Assembly: GCA_031441465.1 (NCBI GenBank)
Contig: JANOEP010000066.1
Location: 64,001-128,000, forward strand
DNA from: a bacterium
GTDB taxonomy: Bacteria > Krumholzibacteriota > Krumholzibacteriia > LZORAL124-64-63
Length of the DNA stretch: 64,000 nt
Direction: 5' to 3'
The position numbers and the translations under genes are program-made. Below are positions 19,323 through 27,485 of this stretch, in pieces (positions within the stretch are counted from its first letter, which is position 1; each line of letters starts with the position of its first letter). The notes below the pieces were generated by a model that was given only the letters and a program-made list of their open reading frames with translations, was not told where the DNA came from and made no database searches.

Positions 19323-19994
19323 TCAGCGCCCGGCGGCGGCGATCAGGTCCCTCAGGAAGGGCGCGGCCCCGTTCATCACCAGCTGCACCGCGATGACGGT
19401 CACCAGCAGGCCCATCAGCTTCTCCACGATGCGCATGCCCGTGGGACCGAGGCGCCGCAGGACGGTGTCGGCGGTCAGCAGGATCACCCCGGTCAGCAGC
19501 AGGATCAGGGCGGCCGCGGCGCTGACGATCAGCGCGCCGGTCATGCCGGGGGTCTCGGCCCGCAGCACCATGACCGTGGTGATCGAGGCCGGGCCGGCGA
19601 TCATCGGGATCGCCAGCGGGGTCACCGAGGGGTCGTGGTCGGCGTTGTCGCTCGGATCGGGCCGCGGGCCGGCGCCGGTGGCCTGGTCCAGGCCGGTGTG
19701 CCAGCGCCGCGGCCGGCTCTGGAGCATGTCCAGTCCGACGCCGAAGAAGATCACGCCGCCGGCGATCCGGAAGGCGTCCACCGTGATCCCGAAGGTGCTC
19801 AGCACGGCGCTGCCGGCAAAAGTGAAAAGCAGCAGGACCAGCAGGGACACCAGCAGGGCCTTGACCAGGATACGCCGCTTACGGCCGCGGGACAGGCCCG
19901 CGGTCTGGCCGCTGAAGAAGGGGATGCAGCCCAGCGGGTCGATGACCGCGAACAGGGACGACAGCGAGAGCAGGGCGAATCCGGTCAGGTCCAT
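19323..19994 (-). CDS. MarC-family membrane protein
   Basis: LFAVIDPLG, AFRIAGG, TPLAIPMIAGPASIT, KLMGLL. Confidence 0.92.
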   Translation of the reverse strand: MDLTGFALLSLSSLFAVIDPLGCIPFFSGQTAGLSRGRKRRILVKALLVSLLVLLLFTFAGSAVLSTFGITVDAFRIAGGVIFFGVGLDMLQSRPRRWHTGLDQATGAGPRPDPSDNADHDPSVTPLAIPMIAGPASITTVMVLRAETPGMTGALIVSAAAALILLLTGVILLTADTVLRRLGPTGMRIVEKLMGLLVTVIAVQLVMNGAAPFLRDLIAAAGR

Positions 19995-20090
19995 GGGGGC
20001 TCCTCAGGAAGGGCGGCAAGGTCGCGGGCGGCAAAGTCGCGGGCGACGGAGGTCGTGTCAAGCGCCTGACAATCCGGTGACAACTATATC

Positions 20091-20119
20091 TTGTCTGGCC
20101 GCGTCGCGCCTTATATCCT
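20091..20119 (+). promoter_or_regulatory. Putative sigma70 promoter of the mtrAB-like genes
   Basis: TTGTCT-17 bp-TATCCT. Confidence 0.5.
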
Positions 20120-20130
20120 CGGTTCTATGA

Positions 20131-20144
20131 TCAACGTTCGTTGA
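20131..20144. promoter_or_regulatory. Palindromic operator copy 1 (putative TetR site)
   Basis: TCAACG-TT-CGTTGA perfect inverted repeat between promoter and start codon. Confidence 0.65.
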
Positions 20145-20169
20145 CTTCATCCTGCGCGGAGGGATCCCC

Positions 20170-21078
20170 ATGATGCGTCTGCTCCTCCTCATCGCCGGAC
20201 TGCTCACCCTGCTCGCCGTCGTCGCGGCCGCAGGCGGCGGTTTCGCCGAGCGCGTGGGCATGCCGACCGGCGCGGCCTACGTCGGTTCCCAGGCCTGCCT
20301 GGACTGCCACGACGACGCCGGCACCTTCTACCAGCACACCCCCCATTCCGTGGACCTGGCCCTGTCTGCGCCCGTCTCCGGCGCCAGCGCCTGCGAGGCC
20401 TGCCACGGGCCGGGCAGTCTCCACGTGGAGGCCGGCGGCGAAGGTCCCATCTTCGGCAAGGCCGTCCTGTCCGCTCTGGACGCCGAGGACCGCGCCGAGA
20501 TGTGCCTGCAGTGCCACCAGGACAAGCGCGCCACCTGGTCGGGTTCGCCGCACGCCGGCAGCCCGACCGACTGCGCCGCGTGCCACACCGACGTGGTCCA
20601 CGGCGGTGGCGAGGCCCTGGCGCCGTCCGCCTTCCGGATCGCCGGCGAGTTCTGCCTGCAGTGCCACGCGGCCCAGGCTGCCGACTTCCGCCTGCCGTTC
20701 CGCCATCGGGTGCTCGAGGGCGAGGTCTCCTGCCAGGACTGCCACGCCGTCCACGGCGCGGCGCCCGCCGCCGACCCCCTGGGCGACCTGAACGCGGCCT
20801 GTCTGAACTGCCACACGGAAATGGCCGGCCCCTTCCTCTTCGAGCACGAGGCCGTGTCGGCCGAGGACTGCACGGCCTGCCATCGGCCACACGGTTCGAT
20901 CAACGACAAGCTGCTGACCCAGGACGGCAATTCGCTCTGCCTGCAGTGCCACTACGAGCCGGGATATCCGACCATCGGCGACGTGGACCACGGCGGTTTC
21001 CTGAGCAGCGAAGCGCGCTGCTACGACTGCCATCACGAGATCCACGGTTCGAACCTGAACTCCACCTTCCTGGACTAG
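20170..21078 (+). CDS. Decaheme c-type cytochrome, MtrA/DmsE/PioA family
   Basis: Signal peptide; exactly 10 CxxCH; CEACHGPGSLH, GPFLFEH, CHRPHGS, IHGSN signatures. Confidence 0.92.
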   Translation: MMRLLLLIAGLLTLLAVVAAAGGGFAERVGMPTGAAYVGSQACLDCHDDAGTFYQHTPHSVDLALSAPVSGASACEACHGPGSLHVEAGGEGPIFGKAVLSALDAEDRAEMCLQCHQDKRATWSGSPHAGSPTDCAACHTDVVHGGGEALAPSAFRIAGEFCLQCHAAQAADFRLPFRHRVLEGEVSCQDCHAVHGAAPAADPLGDLNAACLNCHTEMAGPFLFEHEAVSAEDCTACHRPHGSINDKLLTQDGNSLCLQCHYEPGYPTIGDVDHGGFLSSEARCYDCHHEIHGSNLNSTFLD

Positions 21079-21088
21079 AAAGGAGCGC

Positions 21089-22987
21089 GTGATGAAGAAC
21101 CTGCACTTGTCGATGCTGACCGCCGCCGCCGTGGCGCTCCTGGCCGCCGGTGCCGCCGTCGCGGGCGAACTGCCGGCCCAGGCCGACCGGATCTGGTCGG
21201 TTCCCGGGGATCATGTGGGTCTGTTCAGCCACGCCACGCTGACGCTCGACGCTCTGGACAGTTACGGGTATTCGGCGAAAGCGGCCGAGGACTGGCAGCT
21301 GACCGAAAAGTTCCGTTTCTCGTCGGTCTTCGCCTGGAACCGCAACTGGGACTCCGGCCGATGGCTGACCCTGCGCGGCGCCGGCGAGGATGGCGGCCGT
21401 CCCGGCGGCGCCGGCTCGCTGGGCCTGTGGGGCGGTTCGCCCGGAAAGTTCCGGACCTCGGTGACCTACCGCAGCTTCGACCATTATTACGATGGGACCA
21501 GCGAGATGCGCTCGGCGGTGTTCGCCGCGCCGCCGTCGCCGCCGGCCCTCACGCCCACCCCGGTCATGAATTGGAACCGCTTCGAGGCGGCCAGCTCCCA
21601 CCGCGTCTGGAACGGGTTCGGTCTCGAGGGGGGCGTCGCCTTCACGCGGCGCGACGGGATCAAGGGCAGCCTGCTGCGCAGCGGCGCCGGCAGCGCCGTG
21701 CCCGCCCAGAAGCACTTCGGCACGCTGGACCGGCGCGTCTGGGCCGGCGGCGACTACGCCTACGGCAAGCTGGCCACGGATTGGGAAGTGTCCTACCAGA
21801 AGAGCGAAGGCGACCGCGCGCTCGGCACGCGGCACCTCACCACCGACGACCGCACCCTGTGGAGCGGGCGGGTCGGCGGCGCCCTCGAGGTGTCGCCGGC
21901 GTTGCGCCTGGTGGGCCAGGCGATCGGCAGCTACCTCGAGAGCAACCCGCACGAGACCCAGGGGCTGGCCGACCGCGACATCACCTCCGACGCCGTGTCG
22001 GGCACGGGACGCGTCGGCGCGTTGTGGACGCCGGCCCGCGGCACGCGGCTGGACCTGTCCGCGGCCGTCCGCAACCAGAACGTCGACGGCCAGGTCGGTC
22101 CCGACAACGCCGTCGTCCACGCCGTCGATCGCGACCGCACCAGCCAGGACTACCACGCGGCGTTGTCGACGACCCGGCTGCCCTCGACCCGATTGCAGAT
22201 GAGCTACCGCTACCGCACCAGCGACCTCGAGGAGACGACCGCGCAGGACGGCGTGCCCGGCAGCGGCACCGAGGGCGACCTCCAGTCCACCGACCAGCAG
22301 CGCACGAGCCAGGAGGCCTCGTTGCGCGCGCGCACGCGTCTCGGGCACAACGTGACGCTGAAGGCCAAGGCGCAGTGGCGGCAGGAGGAGATCGATTCGG
22401 CCGATACCTGGGACACCGCCGGCGGCGACGCCTGGTTCTACTGGATGGGCGACCGCAAGCGGGACAAGCTGGTCTGGGAGGTCTGCCTGAACACACGGCC
22501 GGTCCCGGGCGTCAGCCTCGACCTCGGCCACCAGACGATCGCGCAGACCTTCGAGCGCGAAGATATTCCCGGTGTCGAGACCACCTGGGACGCCGTGCGC
22601 GGCTTCGCCGTGGCCACCTGGGCCGTCGCGCCGCGCCTGACGCTGCTGGGATCGTTCTCGATGGGGCAGGAGCAGTACGGGATCGACGGCGCCCCGGCCG
22701 TCGCGTCCGACGTCAGCCCTCTGGTCTACGACGCCACGACCGTGCGCTACGCGCCCGGCGCGGTGCTGGACCTCGGCCGCGGTTGGAGTTGCGAGGGCCA
22801 CTACGAGGCCGTCCGTACCACCGACTCGGTCGAGAACGACCTGGACCGCTGGTCGGCCCGCACCAGCTGGCGCTTCGCGGAGAAGCTGACCATGACCGCG
22901 AGTTACCGTCGCTGCGAGTTCGACGAGAACCGCTGGGACGATTACATCTTCGACCTGTACTCGCTGTCGGTGGGCGGCGTTTTCTAG
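21089..22987 (+). CDS. Outer-membrane beta-barrel partner of the decaheme (MtrB/PioB-like)
   Basis: Directly follows MtrA-type gene; signal peptide; beta-strand pattern; C-terminal Phe. Confidence 0.78.
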   Translation: MMKNLHLSMLTAAAVALLAAGAAVAGELPAQADRIWSVPGDHVGLFSHATLTLDALDSYGYSAKAAEDWQLTEKFRFSSVFAWNRNWDSGRWLTLRGAGEDGGRPGGAGSLGLWGGSPGKFRTSVTYRSFDHYYDGTSEMRSAVFAAPPSPPALTPTPVMNWNRFEAASSHRVWNGFGLEGGVAFTRRDGIKGSLLRSGAGSAVPAQKHFGTLDRRVWAGGDYAYGKLATDWEVSYQKSEGDRALGTRHLTTDDRTLWSGRVGGALEVSPALRLVGQAIGSYLESNPHETQGLADRDITSDAVSGTGRVGALWTPARGTRLDLSAAVRNQNVDGQVGPDNAVVHAVDRDRTSQDYHAALSTTRLPSTRLQMSYRYRTSDLEETTAQDGVPGSGTEGDLQSTDQQRTSQEASLRARTRLGHNVTLKAKAQWRQEEIDSADTWDTAGGDAWFYWMGDRKRDKLVWEVCLNTRPVPGVSLDLGHQTIAQTFEREDIPGVETTWDAVRGFAVATWAVAPRLTLLGSFSMGQEQYGIDGAPAVASDVSPLVYDATTVRYAPGAVLDLGRGWSCEGHYEAVRTTDSVENDLDRWSARTSWRFAEKLTMTASYRRCEFDENRWDDYIFDLYSLSVGGVF

Positions 22988-23015
22988 ACGCCAACCCTCG
23001 GAGACGGCTGTTCCG

Positions 23016-23047
23016 GGAACCCCGCAAAGGCGGGGTTCCTTTTTTTT
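23016..23047 (+). terminator. Rho-independent terminator
   Basis: GGAACCCCGC-AAAG-GCGGGGTTCC + 8 T. Confidence 0.92.
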
Positions 23048-23079
23048 GGCCGCCACCGCGGGGACCCCGCCCGAGCGGG

Positions 23080-23093
23080 TGAACGATCGTTCT
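23080..23093. promoter_or_regulatory. Palindromic operator copy 2
   Basis: TGAACG-AT-CGTTCT (core GAACGATCGTTC is a perfect palindrome). Confidence 0.55.
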
Positions 23094-23234
23094 CGTATCT
23101 GCAAGCTATCGCTAATGTTATAACACCTAGTAAGGACATATGAGTTATCTTATTGCATGGCAATCAGTTTCATGGGTTATTTTCATAACATTCTGGATTG
23201 ACGGGCCGAATTGGATGGGTAGGTTGGAGCAGAG

Positions 23235-23248
23235 TCAACGTTCGCTCA
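23235..23248. promoter_or_regulatory. Palindromic operator copy 3
   Basis: TCAACG-TT-CGCTCA downstream of TTGACG-16-TAGGTT (23198-23225) and just upstream of tetR. Confidence 0.6.
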
Positions 23249-23267
23249 CCTCGTTCGAGGGAACGCC

Positions 23268-23903
23268 ATGGCCTCCGAAACCCGACACGCCAACCGCCGG
23301 GGCGAGATCCTCGACCACGCGTCGCGGCTCTTCTCGGCTCACGGCTACGACGGCACCGCCATCCGGCTGATCGCCCGCGCCAGCGGCGTGACCGAGGCCG
23401 CCATCTACCGTCACTTCGACGGCAAGGCCCAGCTCTACGACGAGGTCATCCGCGCCAAGGCGCGCGAGCACGACATCGCGGGCGACCTCGCGACCAGTCG
23501 GGGCCGCGGCAGCGTCGAGGACGTCCTGCGCGTGGTGGCCAACCACGTCCTGTCCCTGGCGGCGCGCGATCCCGAAATCGTGCGGCTGATGTCCAACAGC
23601 AGCCTCGAGAACGTCCAGGGCCGCGCGACGCTCTTCCGCGAAGTGCGCAGCCCCTACATCGACTTCCTGATCGAGGAGATCTCGCGGCGCATGGCGACGG
23701 GGGAGGTCCGCCGGATCGACCCCGTCATCACCAGCCGTTGCTTCGTGGGCATGGTCATGGACTGTGCCCTCAACGCCGGCATGTGGAGCCGGTTCGCGGG
23801 CACGGAGGTCGACGCGCAGACCGTGGTCTGCAACAACGTGCCGATCTTCGCCCGCGGCCTCACCAACGGCGGCGCCGGGTCGCCGTCCAACGACGGAGAG
23901 TGA
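23268..23903 (+). CDS. TetR/AcrR-family transcriptional regulator (copy 1)
   Basis: ILDHASRLF..GYDGT.IR.IA...GVTEAAIYRHF..K HTH. Confidence 0.93.
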   Translation: MASETRHANRRGEILDHASRLFSAHGYDGTAIRLIARASGVTEAAIYRHFDGKAQLYDEVIRAKAREHDIAGDLATSRGRGSVEDVLRVVANHVLSLAARDPEIVRLMSNSSLENVQGRATLFREVRSPYIDFLIEEISRRMATGEVRRIDPVITSRCFVGMVMDCALNAGMWSRFAGTEVDAQTVVCNNVPIFARGLTNGGAGSPSNDGE

Positions 23904-23905
23904 CC

Positions 23906-25327
23906 ATGCACAAGCACGCAGCGGTCGCGGTCCTCGCGTTCCTGGTCCTCGGCAGCCTGTGGGGGTGCGAGAACGACACCTCCAACGGCACCGGGGATCC
24001 GAACGTCGTGCTGACCGACAAGACCTGCCTCGGCTGCCACAGCAGCCGGGACATGCTCATCGCCAACCTGGGCGAGGAGGCGACATCCAAGGCCGAGCCC
24101 ACCGACAAGGCCGACGGCTGAGGCGGCTCCGTACCCGCGCTGGAGGCGTGGGAAAAGGTCATCATCACCGGCACCAACGGGCAGCGGTTCCTCGACAGCG
24201 TGCACGGTCAGCGCTCCTGCCAGAGCTGCCACGGCGGCCCGGCCGACCGCACCTTCGAGACGATGGCGGAGGCGCACACCGGCATGGTCGCCGATCCCAG
24301 CGCGCACGGCGCCTGCGACGGCTGCCACGCCGAGGAGGCGGCGGCCACCGCGAACAGCCTGCACTCGAACCAGTGGGGCTACATCGCGATCATCGAGCAG
24401 CGCGGGCGCTGCACTTTCGAAGGCTCCGGCTTCGAAACCTACTTCGACCAGAAGTGCGGCAGCTGCCACACGACCTGCGGGCAGTGCCACGTCAGCCGGC
24501 CCAACAGCGTGGGCGGCGGCTTCCCGCTGATCGGCACCTACTACTCGCACCGCTTCCGGGCGTCGCCGGACATGACCGAGCAGTGCACGGCCTGCCACGG
24601 TTCGCGCGTGGGCAACGACTTCCTGGGGCAGAGCGAGGGCAACGTGCCCGACGTCCACCGCCAGCCCTACGGCTGGCAGTGCAAGGACTGCCACACCAAG
24701 GAGGAGATCCACGGCGACGATCAGTACGAGGGCGACCATTACGAGCACCGCTACGAGGTCAAGACGATGCCCCGTTGCGAGGACTGCCACGGCGAAGGCC
24801 AGGACGACGGCTGGGACAACGCCTACCACGCCATGCACGTGGGCAACGACGGCCTGAACCTGCAGTGCCAGGTCTGCCACTCGCAGCCCTACAAGAACTG
24901 CACGAACTGCCACAACCTGCTCACGGGCGGGGACAAGTCGGACAAGTTCGACATCGATCCCAGCCGCCTGCAGCTCAAGATCGGCCGCAACCTGAATCCC
25001 AACCGCGATGAGTACGACTACGTCGTCGTGCGTCACGCGCCGACCGATCCCGGCACCTTCGCCGAGTGGGGCCTGGATCTGCCCGGTTACCTGGACGCGC
25101 CGACCTGGCTCTACGCCTCCCCGCACAACATCGTGCGGCGCACGGCGCAGACGACGGTCGGGGAGGGGCAGACCTGCAGCACGGCCTGCCACGAGTCGCC
25201 CGACGGGCTCGACGGCTTCCTGCTGCGCGAGTCCGACCTGTACGCCGAAGACGGGGTGACCCGCCTGCCCGACTACGAAGCGAACCTGGGCGTGGTGATC
25301 CCGCCGACGTTCCCCGACTCGAAGTGA
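23906..25327 (+). CDS. Multiheme cytochrome c lipoprotein (10 CxxCH + 1 CxxxCH); probable selenoprotein (TGA 24119-24121 = Sec72)
   Basis: Lipobox LWGC and first heme (CLGCH) lie upstream of the TGA; frame continues GGSVPALEAWEKV into ORF 24200..25327, which has no export signal of its own; SECIS-like hairpin follows the TGA. Confidence 0.85.
24134..24152 (+). promoter_or_regulatory. Putative bacterial SECIS hairpin 2
   Basis: CCCGCGC-TGGAG-GCGTGGG: 7-bp stem starting 12 nt after the TGA, G-containing loop. Confidence 0.72.
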
Positions 25328-25336
25328 CGTGAAAGA

Positions 25337-25364
25337 CCGCCCGGCGGCGTGTGCCGCCGGGCGG
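25337..25364 (+). other. Intercistronic GC hairpin without U-tract (possible mRNA stabiliser or processing site)
   Basis: CCGCCCGGCGGC-GTGT-GCCGCCGGGCGG perfect 12-bp stem. Confidence 0.6.
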
Positions 25365-25427
25365 CCGACCCGCGGCGCCCGGCGCCGCCAACCGAGGGGC
25401 CGCGAGGCCCGAACAAGGAGAGACGAC

Positions 25428-27308
25428 ATGATGAAACGCTGGACCCTGATGGCGTTGCTGCTGATCGCCATGGCGGCCATGTGGGGCTGCTCGAGCGACG
25501 ACGATCCCGTGGATCCGCCGGTCACGACCCCGTTCGAGACGATGGCCGCGGCGGTCGAGGCCTACCTCAACGACAACACGGACTGCCCGGGCGTGGTCTC
25601 GGCGCAGGCCCTGCATGACAACCTCGACGACTACACGGTTGTGGACATTCGCTCGGCGGCCGACTACTTGGCCGGCCACATCCCCGGCGCCTACAACTCG
25701 TCGCTCGCCACTATCCTGACGGACGTGGGCACGACGATCCCCACCGACAAGACCATCGTCGTCGCCTGCTACAGCGGCCAGACCGCCGGGCACGCGAAGA
25801 TCGCCCTGGAGCTCTCGGGCGTCGAGGACGTCAAGACCTTGGGCTTCGGCATGGCGTCCTGGAGCAGCACCCTGGCCGGGGTAATGAACACCAACATCGG
25901 CGACAACCTGCTGGCTCCCGAGACGACGAACAACAACGGTGGACTGACCGTGCATGAGTTCCCGACGCTGACCGGCACCAACGCGACGGTCGTCGCCGAG
26001 CGCGTGGCCGCCATGATCGCGGGCGGCTTCAAGTCGATCAACTACTCGGAGATCCGCGACAACCTGGACGACTACTACATTGTGAACTATTTCGGCGAGG
26101 CGGACTACCTCGGCACCGGCACTGCCGGCGTCCCCGGCCACATCCCCGGCGCTTACCAGTTCACGCCCTACGCCAGCCTCGGCCTCGAGCAGATGCTCGA
26201 CAAGCTGCCCAGCGACGGCACCACGATCGTCGTCTACTGCTGGTCCGGCCAGCACAGTAGCCAAGTCACCGCGGCCCTGAACATGTTGGGCTACAACGCC
26301 AAGTCGCTGAAGTTCGGCGCCAACCACCTGTTCCACAGCGCGCTGACGACCAACAACTGGTCCGCGGCCTCGACCCACGACTTCGAACTCGAAGTCGGCG
26401 GCGCGCAGACGCCCGAGTTCGCGGCCATGTACGCGGCCGTCGACGCCTACCTGAACGACAACACCGACAGCCCGGGCGTGATCACCGCCCAGGCGCTCTA
26501 CGACAACTTCGACGACTACACGGTCATCGACATCCGCTCGGCGACCGACTACGCGGCCGGACACATCACGGGTGCCTACAATTCGAGCCTGGCCACGCTG
26601 CTGAACGACCTGGTCGGGACGATCCCCGCCGACAAGCCCTACGTGGTCACCTGCTACACCGGCCAGAGCGCCGGCCACGCCAAGGTCGCGATGGAGCTGA
26701 TGGGCTACGAGGAAGTCAAGTCGCTGAAGTGGGGCATGTGCTCCTGGAACTCGACGCTCGCCGGCCGTTTGAACGACAACGTCGGCGACTACCTGCCCAT
26801 GGCCGAGACGACGAACAACAACGGATCGCTGACCGCCCGCGCCTACCCGACGCTGGCGGACGAGGATCCCGCGACCGTGGTCGAGGACCGCGTCGCCGCC
26901 ATGCTGGCGGCCGGGTTCCAGAGCGTCACCTGGACGGCGCCGACGCCGCCGGATCTGACTCCCTACTTCATCGTGAACTACTTCGGCGTGGCGGACTACG
27001 AGGGCACCGGCACCAACGGCGTTCCCGGCCACATCCCCGGCGCCTTCCAGTTCACGCCCTACACGAGCCTGAAGATCGGCGAGATGCTGCCTTACCTGCC
27101 CAGCGACGGCACGCCCATCCTGGTGTACTGCTGGACCGGTCAGACCAGCAGCCAGGTCGTGGCGGCCCTGAACATGCTGGGCTACAACGCCAAGTCGCTG
27201 AGCTACGGCTCCAACCGGCTGTTCCATACTTCGCTGCTGGCGAACAAGTGGACGGCGGCCGAGACGCACGATTTCCCGCTCTCGACGGCGGTCCCGGCCC
27301 TGTTCTGA
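25428..27308 (+). CDS. Lipoprotein with four rhodanese (sulfurtransferase) domains
   Basis: AAGGAG RBS; lipobox MWGC; repeated GHIPGA; active-site loops CYSGQT, CWSGQH, CYTGQS, CWTGQT; internal duplication. Confidence 0.9.
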   Translation: MMKRWTLMALLLIAMAAMWGCSSDDDPVDPPVTTPFETMAAAVEAYLNDNTDCPGVVSAQALHDNLDDYTVVDIRSAADYLAGHIPGAYNSSLATILTDVGTTIPTDKTIVVACYSGQTAGHAKIALELSGVEDVKTLGFGMASWSSTLAGVMNTNIGDNLLAPETTNNNGGLTVHEFPTLTGTNATVVAERVAAMIAGGFKSINYSEIRDNLDDYYIVNYFGEADYLGTGTAGVPGHIPGAYQFTPYASLGLEQMLDKLPSDGTTIVVYCWSGQHSSQVTAALNMLGYNAKSLKFGANHLFHSALTTNNWSAASTHDFELEVGGAQTPEFAAMYAAVDAYLNDNTDSPGVITAQALYDNFDDYTVIDIRSATDYAAGHITGAYNSSLATLLNDLVGTIPADKPYVVTCYTGQSAGHAKVAMELMGYEEVKSLKWGMCSWNSTLAGRLNDNVGDYLPMAETTNNNGSLTARAYPTLADEDPATVVEDRVAAMLAAGFQSVTWTAPTPPDLTPYFIVNYFGVADYEGTGTNGVPGHIPGAFQFTPYTSLKIGEMLPYLPSDGTPILVYCWTGQTSSQVVAALNMLGYNAKSLSYGSNRLFHTSLLANKWTAAETHDFPLSTAVPALF

Positions 27309-27485
27309 TCCGACTCGAAATCGGCGGGAAGTGGCGGGGGGCCGAGAGGCTCCCCGCTATCTGTAAGGACCGTTAACCAGCAGGACCGAGCGGGGCAATC
27401 CCATAGCGGGATTAAAGTTGACAAATTAATATCAATCGTTAACTTTGGGAGGCAGGGGGTCGCTGACCGCATCGGGAGGGTGGCC

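Noticed and set aside
2082..24121. Genome-wide TGA reassignment (genetic code 4 or 25) as the explanation for the in-frame TGAs
   Set aside because: TGA is the normal stop of many conserved genes here (alr, trpE, trpG, trpD, trpB, lipA), often in ATGA/GTGA overlaps
2082..24121. Both cytochrome genes being nonsense pseudogenes
   Set aside because: No other lesions; both stops are TGA, one in a Cys-motif position, and both are followed by the same hairpin. Not fully excluded because sel genes are not in the window
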